From contig NC_043015.1 in assembly GCF_006345805.1 (NCBI RefSeq), positions 40,238,001 through 40,302,000 on the forward strand: a stretch of DNA of 64,000 nt, in the 5' to 3' direction. This DNA is from Octopus sinensis. Lineage: Eukaryota. The first letter of the stretch is position 1. Each line of letters begins with the position of its first letter. Below the pieces are notes generated by a model that was not told where the DNA came from, made no database searches, and saw only the letters and a program-made list of their open reading frames with translations. This document shows positions 26,101-34,811 of this stretch, one piece after another. Both the position numbers and the translations under genes were made by a program.

Positions 26101-26423
26101 TTGTCAAACTCTTTCGCTGAGATATTATGATCACAGGGGATGCTCATGTCGATCAATAAGCAAACTTTATTGTTTTGGTCTTTCACAACAATATCTGGTT
26201 TATTGGCCTTGATGGTTCGGTCTGTATGTACTGGAAAGTCCCACAGAATCGTTAAATTTTCTCCTTCAGTTACAGCTTCAGGGTGGTGATTATACCACTT
26301 GTCGGCAGTTTTGATATTGTAATGCCGACTTATTACCCAGTGTAGATATTGGCCGACTCTGTCATGTCTTAATTTATACTCCACTGGTGCTAAGACTTTA
26401 CATCCAGAGATTAGGTGGTCCAC

Positions 26424-26460
<37 letters not shown>

Positions 26461-27082
26461 GTTATTATTATTATTATTATTATTATTAAGTCTGCAAGTT
26501 GGCAGAATCATTAGCACACCGGGAAAAAAGCTTAGTGGCATTTCATTTACCTTTATATTCTGAGTTCAAATTTCACCAAGGTCGATTTTGCCTCTTATCC
26601 TTTCAAGGTCGATAAATTAAGTACCAGTGAAACACTGGGGTCGATCTAATCCACTTACCACCTCCTCCAAAATTGCTGGCCTTGTGTTAAAATTTGAAAC
26701 CGTTTTATTGTTGTTGCTGTTGTTGTTATTATTTCAAATAAACTTTTTGTTTTGTCTCCTTGCCTTGCTGCTCCCTACCCATCGTCTCCGACACCATCAT
26801 CTTGACGTTGTGCCACCATGGCCTTCACCTTGAAACGGTTCCACCGACCAGGAAGCTACAAAACTGGTGTAAAGTCCATTACAACCGCGTCAAAGATGTG
26901 GAGGAAGGTGATGACGACGACGACGACGACGACATCGACGACAAGGAATCGACGAAACGATGGGAAGTGGACTTTCTGATGACAGAGGCGAATCAACTGG
27001 GAATGTTCTACGAATACCTGGAAATGGGTGAGTCGAAAACTCTTATTAACGTGCAGTCCTTTTATTTACACACTCACATGCA

Positions 27083-27118
<36 letters not shown>

Positions 27119-27506
27119 ACACACGCACACACACACACACTCACACATACACACGCACAGGCACACACACACACATATATATATATACACACACACACGC
27201 ACAGGCACACACACACACACACATATATATACACACACACACGCACAGGCACACACGCACACATATATATACACATACACACATATATATACACATACAC
27301 ACGCACACATACACACACACACACTCACATATATATATACACACACACACACTCGCACACACACACGCACACACGCACACGCACACACGCACACGCATAC
27401 ACACACACGCACACATACACACACGCACATACACACATATATATACACACACTCGCGCGCACACACACACACACACACGCATACACACACGCACACACGC
27501 ACACAC

Positions 27507-27537
<31 letters not shown>

Positions 27538-30500
27538 TACACACACGCACATACACATATATATACACACACTCGCACACGCACACACACACACACGCAT
27601 ACACACACACACACATGCACACACACACACGCATACACACACACACACACGCACACACACACACGCATACACACACACACACACTGCTCTATACTCTCAG
27701 CTGTATGTTTGCTCAAACACATTCGCAGAAAGATTTACCCATGTAATATAAGGGAGATAACTATAACAGCCATTATACATACGCATATTGTAGTATAGAT
27801 TTGTCTCCCTTGCATTATGTTCATCGCTGAATGGATTACTGGTCTCTGGTGAACGTTAAAGTTGATAAACAAAACGACTCTAGCAACCCAGAGGTTGCGG
27901 GTTCGTATCGCAGTCTGGGATTTTTTTGTTGTAGTGTTATTATATGGGAGAACTAGTTCTCTATCCAACAGTTATAAGAAACTGATCTTCCGACCATGTT
28001 GCTTTATTCTCTGGATAAACCTATAGCCAGCAAATCAATGTTCAGTAGTATTCCAGACGTGACTCTCCAGACAGTTATTCAAACATTGTGTATCAATGGA
28101 TGTATTATCTAAACGTTAATCTATTTAGAATAGCAGGGTTTTACCTGTGATATTAGCTGTTATTTCTGGTAGGTCAAGCACTCCTCACATTGGTTTGAAA
28201 TGGTCATGTTATTGTTTAGCCACAGGACAACTCAGACCTGATCAAATGGATTCCAGTCGCGACTATTCCGTCTTTTCGATATATTTAGAACTACATGATC
28301 TCGTGTAATGTTCCTTATGAAATGTTGGCTGCTATTTCTAGCAGGTCACACATTTCAGCTTCCTCTGACTTCATTCTCAGCTAACATCTTTGCCCAACAC
28401 AGTCTATTTCGACTTCTTTCACTTTAACCATTGGCATATTGTATATTAATAATGATGATGATGGTAATAATAATAATAAGGTTTAGGAGACGTAGGAGTG
28501 GCTGTGTGGTAAGTAGCTTGCTTACCAACCACATGGTTCCGGGTTCGGTCCCATTGCATGGCACCTTGGGCAAGTGTCTTCTACTATAACCTCGGGCCAA
28601 CCAAAGCCTTGTGAGTGGATTTGGTAGACGGAAACTGAAAGAAGCCCTTTGTATATATGTATATATATGTATGTTTGTGTGTCTGTGTTTGTCCCCCCAA
28701 CATCACTTAACAACTGATGCTGGTGTTTTTACATGCCTGTAATTTAGCAGTTCAGCAAAAGAGACCGATAGAATAAGCACTAGGCTTACAAAGAATAAGT
28801 CCTGGGCTCGATTTGCTCGACTAAAGGCAGTGCTCAAGCATGGCCACAGTCAAATGATTGAAACAAGTAAAAGGGTATACCAACAACCCTATTGTATACA
28901 ATGCTCATATGCACTGCATCTTATCAGAAAAGTGTTTAAAGAGCTTTCACCAAAAACTGAATGTTGAAATGGATTATAATTATTCTGTGGAACATGCAGA
29001 TTTTTCACTAATTAAATACATTAACTCATTGTGGTTATTATTCTCTATTTTATTAATTAATTAATTAATTAATTAACTCATTGATTTGCTAATACCAAAG
29101 TGTTTTATCATGCTCCCATGATCCCTTCTTCAGCAGCCTATCTACATAATATTTTTTATTTCCATTTCTTGCAGTGATACAGTTTGGTTTTGTGTCCATT
29201 TTCGTGGCAGCATTCCCGTTGGCTCCGGTCTTTGCTCTGCTAAACAACATTCTCGAAGTTCGTCTTGATGCCTACAAATACGTCACCCAGTTCCGTCGAC
29301 CATTAGCATCGAGAGCTCAAGACATTGGTAAAGTGGCACCAATTCTAATCTTACAACTGTTGCAAATACGAGGATCTAAGATCTAATCTTAATCTGACTC
29401 TATTAGAGATGTTAGGTGGTGGATAAGATTGAGGGTGGATCCCAGTGTTAGCTGGGTAGGTTTCATTAGTAGAGACGCTGTGAGCTGAATGGGATTGGTA
29501 AAGGAAGCTAGTGTTAGGCAGATAAGATTGGTGGGTGGAGCCTGATGCTATCTAGGTGAGATTGGTGGGTGGAATCTGGTGTTAGATAGATGAGATTGGT
29601 GGGTGGATCCTGATGCTATCTAGGTGAGGCATGTGGATGGAACCTGATGCTACCTAGGTGATAAGTGGGTGGGAGTCTGAGGCTATCTAGGTGAGATAGG
29701 TGGGTGGAGCCTGATGTTATCTAGGTGAGATAGGTGGGTGGAGCCTGATGTTAACTTGGTGAGATTGGTGGGTGGATCCTGATGCTATCTAGGTGAGGCA
29801 TGTGGATGGAACCTGATGCTACCTAGGTGATAAGTGGGTGGGAGTCTGAGGCTATCTAGGTGAGATAGGTGGGTGGAGCCTGATGTTATCTAGGTGAGAT
29901 AGGTGGGTGGAGCCTGATGTTATCTAGGTGAGATAGGTGGGTGGAGCCTGGTGTTATCTAGGTGAGATAGGTGGGTGGAGCCTGATGCTATCTAGTTGAG
30001 ATTGATGGGTGGAATCTGGTGATGAGATTGGTGGGTGGGGTCTGGTACTACTTATATTAGTTTGGTAGGTGGAGCCCGATGCTAGTTAGGCGAGACTGAT
30101 GGCTAGCATCTGGTCATAACTAGATGAGATTGGTGGGTGGAGCCTGGTGTTAGGTGGGTCACATATATTTCAATAGTCAGTTGTCTTTTCTTAATAATAA
30201 TAATCCTTTCTTCTACAAACACAAGGCCTGAAACTTTTGAGGGGAGGGGGATAATCAGTTAAATCAACTTGTGCTTGAATGGTACTTATTTCACCAGCCC
30301 CGAAAGGATGAAAGGCAATTCAACCTGAACAGAGTTTGAACTCAGAATGTAAAGTCAGATGAAATGGGGCTTAGCATTTCACCCAGTGTGCTAATGATTC
30401 TGCCAGCTCACCACCTTAATAATAATAATAATAATAATGATAATTTCAAATTTTGGTACAAGGCCAGCAATTTCTGGGGAAGGTAGAAGTCAATTATATT

Positions 30501-31418
30501 GATCCCCAGTGTTCAGCTGGTACTTATTTTATCAACCCAGGACGGATGAAAAAACAAAGCCAACCATGGCAGAATTTGAACTGAGAATGTAAAGATGGAC
30601 AAAATGCCATCTAAGCAATTTATCTTTCTAACGACCCTCCCAGCTTACCACTTCATTAATAATAATAATGATGATGATGATGATAATCTTAGAAACTTGG
30701 TGAGAAGGAACTGTGCTTTGTTATATCAACCTTAGTGTATAACAGGTACTTTCAGACTGTGTGAGCATCAGAAAGGTTTGAAGAGCAGATATTAAGTGCC
30801 ACAAAGCACAAATAGAATTGGATGGTGCTCCATTATTCTCTACAGAACCAGTCTTTGAGTGTCTATCAAAATTTGGCTAATGTTGTTCTTGTTGATTTAT
30901 AGGTATTTGGTTTGGAATTCTGAAAGGAATTTGTATAATATCAGTCATCACAAACGTGAGTATATTTCATTTATTTATGTGTGTGTGTGTGTGTCTGTGT
31001 GTCTGTGTGTGTGAGACAGAGAGAGAGAGAGACTCTTTCTTGCTCATAATCTAACTCACACACACACACACACATCTTCGAATACCATCATTAAGAACCA
31101 TCCTTTTTGTCACCAACATTAAAAATGGTGTCTCCGCCATACATCTGTGTCTGCAGCACTCACATTGGCTCGGGGAACAAAGGGTACAAATGCACCCCTT
31201 AAATTTATTTCGGGAGCTGGGTCAGTGAAAACACTTTGAACATCCACCTGAAAAAAACTTCTTCACCAAACCAAACTAATACAGAAACATTTTTGGACAG
31301 ATTTGAAACATTAATTTTCGGTTATTAGGGTTATCTGATTTCATTGATTCACAAATATGATAATAACAATTTCTAAGAGAATCTAATAATAATAATAATG
31401 ATGATGATGATGATGATA

Positions 31419-31451
<33 letters not shown>

Positions 31452-34311
31452 TGTGTGTTTTGATATTAAAACTGAAAAAACTTGACATTGTTTCTAAAAC
31501 TTTTGGGCCTGGGTGCGCACACCTTAAGCAAACTTCTCTCCTGCACTTATGTGCACTCACCCTGTGCCACCATGTCTGCACAACACACCCTGTGCCATGT
31601 CACACACTCTGTGCCATCCCACACACCCCGTGCCATGCCACACACCCCATGCTATCCCACGCACCCCGTGCCATCCCACACACCCTGTGCCATCCCACAC
31701 ACCCCGTGCCATTCCACACACCCCGTCCCATCCCACACACCCCGTGCCATCCCACGCACCCCGTGCCATTCCACACACCCCGTGCCATTCCACACACCCC
31801 GTGCCATCCCACGCACCCCGTGCCATCCCACACACCCCGTGCCATCCCACACACCCCGTGCCATCCCACACACCCCGTGCCATCCCACACACCCCGTGCC
31901 ATCCCACACACCCCGTGCCATTCCACGCACCCCGTGCCATCCCACGCACCCCGTGCCATCCCACGCACCCTGTGCCGTCCCACACACCCCGTGCCATTCC
32001 ACACACCCCGTGCCATTCCACGCACCCCATGCCATCCCACACACCCTGTACCATCCCACACACCCTGTACCATCCCACACACCCTGTGCCATCCCACGCA
32101 CCCTGTGCCACTAATCCCGTGCCACTCACCTGTGTCTGCCCCACTCATATATGTCCATTCATCCTAACGCAATGACATGTGAAATAAACAATAACGTCCT
32201 CTTCTCTTTGCAGGCATTAATCATAGCCTTCACATCTGACTTCATCCCCAAGATGTTGTACAAGCACGTGATAAGCCCCAACCACACCCTTGAGGGTTAT
32301 GTGGAATTCAGTTTGTCTTACTTCAACGTAACCGACTTCCAACCACGAAGCAAACCAACTTTTGAGTCAAACGTCACAGAATGTCGGTAAGTTGGGGTTT
32401 TTTTATGAACTGATACAGTGGGGAGGGAGAACTGTGTCCTCCTTCTAAAGGGGACATTCTTGGAGTAACAGATTTATGCATTGTCACAGAATAAGTATTG
32501 TCCCTAAATGATAAAAAAAAATTCCAGAAAACAGAAGAGATTTTATTAGGGTCCAAATATGCACTGAACCTCACCAATTTTTTTTAAAGACTAGCAGTAT
32601 CGCTTGGCATTGCTCGGGTTTGTTTCGACCCTTTAGAATTTGTCAGTAGGTCATCCAGGTGTAAATCTAGTTCTCTCAGGTATACCATCTCAGGTGTGAT
32701 AACAGTCAATAGGTTATCCAGGTGTAAAAATCCAGGGGTAAAACCAGTTCTCTCTGGTATACCACCTCAGATGTATTAACCATAGATTAAGCATCCAGGT
32801 GTAAAGACTGTTTCTCAGACTTCATTGTCTCAGGTGTGTCAATATGAATAAATGAGCACAAAATAGCAACAAGGTAGAACATTGTTAAATATTCTCTCAC
32901 CTGCCTCACAGAAGACCAAGGGTTGAATTTCCTATGGGTGCCAGGGAAGGTGTGCATTTTTTTTTTTGTTTTTGTTTTATTCCAGCCAGGCCTTAACTAT
33001 TTATGTCTTCAATTCCAGATACAAAGATTTCCGATATCCACCTGATTCTCCGGACAAGTATAAACACACTTCCACCTACTGGCACATCCTTACGATTCGT
33101 TTGGCCTTCGTTATAATATTCCAGGTAAGACTGTTTATTGAAAATGATTGTAGTTTAGCCCCCACAACATCCCTGACCAAGCAAATACAAGTTTAAAGGT
33201 TCAAATTCCAGCTATGACCATGAAGCTGACACAGGGTCTGACACGAGCTGAATTTACCAAAACATTACTGCACCACCACCACCACCACCACTATCACCAC
33301 TACAATCACCACCACCACCACCACTACCACCTCCACCATCAACAACATAACCATCACCATCATTATCACCACCATCACCACTACTATCCTCCCCACCACC
33401 ACCACCACCAGCACAACCTCCATCACCACCACAACCTCCACCATCAACAACATAACCATCACCATCACCACCACTACCAGCACCACCACCATCCTCCCCA
33501 CCACCACCAGCACAACCTCCACCATCAATAACATAACCATCACCATCACTATCACTACCACCACCACTACCACTACCATCCTCCTCACCACCGGCACAAC
33601 CGCCACCACCAACATAACCATCACCACCACCACCACCACCACCACGAATCAGATGGAAATTTACGCCCAGGCAACCGCTATTATTCCAAGCTCTGTCCTC
33701 CACCAAACCCAGACAAACCCCAGCAACATCACAAAAGCTGATGAAAATACTCTTTCTCTCCGTTTTATGAATTCTGATCCTCTGAGTATCACTAAACCAA
33801 TGACATAGTTTTTTTCTTATAGCATCGGTTCATTAAGTCCATACTGTGATGGTCAACTGGTCAAAAGATCAATATTTTCTAGCATTGTACAGTCACTTAT
33901 TGACCTTAGTCCACCTGGTCAGAAAAACAATTGAGCAGGGCGTTTTGGATGGACATTCAACCTGGTGTGGGTAACAGTATTTTTTGGCACTGGAGGCAAA
34001 CACACACACACTCACTCACTCACACACACACACACGCACACATACACACACGCACATGGAGAAACATATTGCGTTTTTTTTTAACTATTTAAGAATTCTT
34101 TTATAATTAATGCGTCTCTTTTTATTTCTGTTTCCAGAATGTGGTCATGCTATTATCTTGGCTCGTAGCAGCCTTGATTCCTGACGTACCGTACATTGTG
34201 AAAATCCAAATGTTGAGAGAGAGCTACTTGACGAAACAAGCTCTCTTGAAATTCCAGGATGAGAAGAGAGAGAAGCGCCGAACTGGTTCCATTGGTTTGA
34301 AAGAAGAATGA
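1086..34311 (+). CDS. Anoctamin/TMEM16 family gene (Ca2+-activated channel/scramblase; ANO1-7-type, paralog not assignable), 3' 19 coding exons, 5' end outside window
   Basis: Manually spliced exons sum to 1994 nt (2 nt of a split codon + 664 codons including stop), all GT-AG with matching phases. Hallmark motifs: [145 protein letters not shown]. Confidence 0.97.
1174..1735 (-). mobile_element. RTE-type LINE 3' UTR fragment with (GAT)n tail
   Basis: Reverse strand ends CCCATGCTAGCATGGAAAGCGGACGCTAAACGATGATGATG; homologous to the tail of the 61860-62945 element, which retains the RTE ORF C-terminus. Confidence 0.75.
1961..2372 (-). mobile_element. SINE family A (tRNA-derived, internal TA/TG microsatellite), full copy; a second head follows at ~2392-2555
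   Basis: Reverse complement of the GGAGTGGCTGTGTGGTAAG...AAACAAGTAAAAGAG unit, seen about 17 times in the window. Confidence 0.9.
2597..2653 (+). CDS. anoctamin exon 2, [19 protein letters not shown]
   Basis: ttccag acceptor, gtacgt donor; 57 nt, phase 0/0; links PLHE to LLYEMWA. Confidence 0.85.
2681..2958. repeat. (GTT)n grading into (GCT)n microsatellite
   Basis: Direct inspection; starts 27 nt after the exon 2 donor. Confidence 0.95.
3530..4010. repeat. compound minisatellite of CATTGGTACATAAACACACCTGTACAGATGCATGTATA modules and (CA)n
   Basis: Modules recur many times with variable spacers. Confidence 0.9.
4348..4645 (-). mobile_element. non-autonomous Helitron
   Basis: Minus strand reads A^TC...CCCGAGCAACGCTGGACGATACTGCTAG^T: TC/CTAG ends, subterminal hairpin, AT target, no TSD; second copy at 54380. 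Confidence 0.85.
4734..4798 (+). CDS. anoctamin exon 3, [21 protein letters not shown](R)
   Basis: gtccag acceptor after CT tract, gtaaga donor; W..QPLD motif. Confidence 0.93.
5296..5705 (+). mobile_element. SINE family A, full copy
   Basis: Head GGAGTGGCTGTGTGGTAAG, tail AAACAAGTAAAAGAG. Confidence 0.9.
5896..6247 (-). mobile_element. RTE-type LINE 3' UTR fragment
   Basis: (CAT)n on plus strand; near-identical to the reverse complement of 62580-62940. Confidence 0.8.
6284..6418 (+). CDS. anoctamin exon 4 (TM1), [44 protein letters not shown]
   Basis: tttcag acceptor, gtaatc donor; YFGEKIG.YFAWL motif. Confidence 0.96.
6939..7105 (+). CDS. anoctamin exon 5, [55 protein letters not shown]
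   Basis: tcccag acceptor, gtaagt donor; conserved extracellular cysteines and DN..TVFFA.FM..W. Confidence 0.96.
7957..8141 (-). mobile_element. SINE family B
   Basis: Reverse complement of the GGCGGCGAGCTGGCAG...TTCTGAGTTCAAATTCCGCC unit. Confidence 0.8.
8668..8750 (+). CDS. anoctamin exon 6, (S)[27 protein letters not shown]
   Basis: tttcag acceptor, gttcgt donor; F.ELWKR..W motif. Confidence 0.93.
9774..9836 (+). CDS. anoctamin exon 7, [21 protein letters not shown]
   Basis: tcaaag acceptor, gtaagt donor; RPEF..NPVT motif. Confidence 0.93.
11021..11095 (+). CDS. anoctamin exon 8, [25 protein letters not shown]
   Basis: ttgcag acceptor, gtaagt donor; EPY.P motif. Confidence 0.93.
11151..11381 (+). 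mobile_element. SINE family B, full copy (others at ~14090, 16966, 22277 as a tandem pair, 26490, 30250-, 30432-, 41062-, 52050, 53965)
   Basis: tRNA-like head with B-box-like GAGTTCAAATTCC; recurrent in the window. Confidence 0.88.
12150..12483. mobile_element. probable Penelope-like element relic with an inverted partial repeat
   Basis: 36-bp inverted repeat (12321-12356 / 12448-12483) and a hammerhead motif; PLEs are known to carry hammerheads and to form inverted ends. Confidence 0.5.
12386..12446 (+). ncRNA. type I hammerhead ribozyme motif (minimal, palindromic stem III)
   Basis: GATAA-CTGAAGA-[stem II 12398-12428]-GAA-ACTC-A-GAGT-T-TTATC; stem I 5 bp, stem III 4 bp, GUU triplet. Confidence 0.6.
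12553..12732 (+). pseudogene. two C2H2-type zinc-finger motifs, probably a LINE (RTE-like) C-terminal relic
   Basis: [21 protein letters not shown] ... [21 protein letters not shown] in ORF 12484-12783. Confidence 0.5.
12882..13185 (+). mobile_element. RTE LINE 3' end (ORF C-terminus with zinc motif, 3' UTR, short-repeat tail)
   Basis: W*RTVKEGIQ...[25 protein letters not shown] (12882-13079) resembles the RTE C..C.R.C.SRIGL.SH motif; tail CCATTGTCTCCCGAGACAGAAAGGATGCC(AATAC)n. Confidence 0.8.
13354..13512 (+). CDS. anoctamin exon 9 (TM3-TM4), [53 protein letters not shown]
   Basis: ttccag acceptor, gtaagt donor; V.GVIVYR motif. Confidence 0.95.
13576..14075 (+). mobile_element. SINE family C with duplicated 3' half (second family copy on minus strand at ~43035-43365)
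   Basis: tRNA-like head GGCTCAGTGGTTAGAGC...GTTCGATTCCC; segment 13800-13918 repeated at 13945-14075. Confidence 0.85.
15030..15880. repeat. (CAC)n/(CA)n low-complexity block with ~100-bp re-duplicated units, ending 50 nt before exon 10
   Basis: Repeated CATGCCACCAC.ACTGCTATCATATACCACACATAC units. Confidence 0.9.
15932..15968 (+). CDS. anoctamin exon 10 (37 nt), [12 protein letters not shown](E)
   Basis: tttcag acceptor, gtaaga donor; supplies the phase 0 to 1 change needed between exons 9 and 11; Y..LA..LT..E motif. Confidence 0.92.
16400..16939. mobile_element. ~540-bp unclassified interspersed repeat embedded in (TTA)n; partial inverted copy at ~53660-53830
   Basis: Shares GAATCCCTCTCAACACATGGCTATGATGCT and GTCAGCCACTAAGGGACATG with the reverse complement of 53660-53830. 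Confidence 0.75.
17221..17322 (-). mobile_element. ~100-bp 3' tail of an R4/Dong-type LINE in (TAA)n
   Basis: Aligns with 25705-25795 (CTTCCATTTCT, CCTAGGGCA blocks); (TTA)n on both sides. Confidence 0.7.
17378..17489 (+). CDS. anoctamin exon 11 (TM5), [36 protein letters not shown](R)
   Basis: tttcag acceptor, gtaagt donor; highly conserved TM5. Confidence 0.97.
17936..19015 (+). mobile_element. SINE family A with internal microsatellite expanded to ~800 bp
   Basis: SINE head 17936-18097, (TATG/TA)n 18098-18895, SINE 3' part 18896-19015. Confidence 0.85.
19315..19369 (+). CDS. anoctamin exon 12, [18 protein letters not shown]
   Basis: ttacag acceptor, gtaagc donor; VG.P..Y and R.EE motifs. 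Confidence 0.93.
19537..19782 (-). mobile_element. RTE-type LINE 3' UTR fragment
   Basis: (CAT)n-CGTTTAACGTCC head on the plus strand; same family as 1174 and 5896. Confidence 0.75.
20790..21210 (+). mobile_element. SINE family A (other copies at ~24412, 25005-, 28492, 39258, 41372, 50025, 50685, 57935, 63788-)
   Basis: Same consensus as 5296-5705. Confidence 0.85.
21229..21438 (-). mobile_element. RTE-BovB-like LINE 3' coding end
   Basis: [68 protein letters not shown], matching the BovB C-terminal pattern as I recall it (SLEK..MLG...G.R.RGR...W...DR..WR..V..SR..L). Confidence 0.8.
22080..22226. mobile_element. 147-bp MITE with ~12-bp TIRs
   Basis: CACTAGCGTAGC ... GCTACACTAGTG (11/12 inverted match), inserted in an older repeat. 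Confidence 0.7.
23331..24198. repeat. pyrimidine-rich (CT) tract with ~165-170-bp higher-order units
   Basis: ACACTCATTACCTC anchors near 23594, 23763, 23927, 24156. Confidence 0.9.
24201..24298 (+). CDS. anoctamin exon 13 (TM6), [32 protein letters not shown](P)
   Basis: tcccag acceptor, gtgagt donor; contains NN..E Ca2+ ligands. Confidence 0.96.
24872..24920 (-). ncRNA. decayed type I hammerhead-like motif
   Basis: Minus strand ATAACTTTA-CTGAGGA-GGTCGCATAAGGT-GAAAACCT-GTC-TGGAGTTAT; 9-bp stem I with two G-U pairs; stems II and III imperfect. Confidence 0.4.
25705..26426 (-). mobile_element. 5'-truncated R4/Dong-clade non-LTR retrotransposon (restriction-like endonuclease domain + 3' UTR)
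   Basis: Uninterrupted ORF 25887-26423: DHLISGC..RHD..WDF....PDIVV...IDMSIPCD....[13 protein letters not shown]; begins inside the zinc knuckle; (TAA)n on both sides. Confidence 0.88.
26852..27027 (+). CDS. anoctamin exon 14, [58 protein letters not shown]
   Basis: gaccag acceptor (first AG after a 222-nt AG-free zone), gtgagt donor; WE.D and F.EYLEM motifs; phases fit both neighbours. Confidence 0.93.
27075..27685. repeat. (CA/CG/TA)n alternating purine-pyrimidine tract
   Basis: Direct inspection; ~50 nt after the exon 14 donor. Confidence 0.95.
29175..29327 (+). CDS. anoctamin exon 15 (TM7-TM8), (V)[50 protein letters not shown]
   Basis: ttgcag acceptor, gtaaag donor; most conserved anoctamin block. 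Confidence 0.97.
29505..30150. repeat. 34-bp minisatellite (GAGATTGGTGGGTGGAGCCTGATGCTATCTAGGT)
   Basis: About 18 degenerate units; a 5-unit block is repeated with 169-bp period (29592, 29761). Confidence 0.92.
30903..30955 (+). CDS. anoctamin exon 16, (G)[17 protein letters not shown]
   Basis: ttatag acceptor, gtgagt donor; completes DIGIW. Confidence 0.94.
31575..32110. repeat. 19-bp minisatellite (CACACCCCGTGCCATCCCA)
   Basis: About 28 units; explains the 19-aa periodic ORFs in all frames. Confidence 0.95.
32214..32386 (+). CDS. anoctamin exon 17, [57 protein letters not shown](R)
   Basis: ttgcag acceptor, gtaagt donor; [10 protein letters not shown] motif; three N-x-T sequons in the TM9-TM10 loop. 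Confidence 0.96.
32591..32640 (-). mobile_element. Helitron 3' end fragment
   Basis: CTAGCAGTATCGCTTGGCATTGCTCGGGTTTGT matches the terminus at 4348. Confidence 0.6.
33019..33124 (+). CDS. anoctamin exon 18, [35 protein letters not shown]
   Basis: ttccag acceptor, gtaaga donor; CRY.D.R.PP and RLAFVI.F motifs. Confidence 0.96.
33270..33645. repeat. (CAC/CAT/CAA)n trinucleotide tract
   Basis: Direct inspection. Confidence 0.9.
34138..34311 (+). CDS. anoctamin terminal coding exon, [57 protein letters not shown]
   Basis: ttccag acceptor; IPDVP..V..Q..RE motif; TGA at 34309-34311. Confidence 0.94.
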   Translation, partial: NVVMLLSWLVAALIPDVPYIVKIQMLRESYLTKQALLKFQDEKREKRRTGSIGLKEE

Positions 34312-34554
34312 AAGTAAAATATGGAAGATGTTGCTGAGATTTCTTTGAGTTTTCAATGCAAAAACCGAAACTGTTTACTTGAAAGGAACAGAAAGGAAAA
34401 AAAAATAATGGTTTTATTCCAATACTAATATTTTTCAGTTTTGCTCATGGCTTCAACTAATTCCATCCAATTTGTAACCATTTTTTTTTCTCTCAATTGC
34501 ATCAGTATATTTTTTAATACATATAACCTAATACTCACACGCACATACATGAGC

Positions 34555-34573
34555 GCATATATATATATATATG

Positions 34574-34668
<95 letters not shown>

Positions 34669-34670
34669 GT

Positions 34671-34732
<62 letters not shown>

Positions 34733-34777
34733 ATATATGTGTGTATGTGTATATGTATGTGTACGTATATATATGTG

Positions 34778-34811
<34 letters not shown>

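Noticed and set aside
26974-26995. CTGATGA...GAAT in exon 14, and CTGACGA at ~57613
   Set aside because: No complete GAAA or stem architecture; coincidental 7-mers.
29505-32110. Regular short repeats resembling CRISPR arrays
   Set aside because: Head-to-tail minisatellites without unique spacers, no cas genes, eukaryotic intron context.
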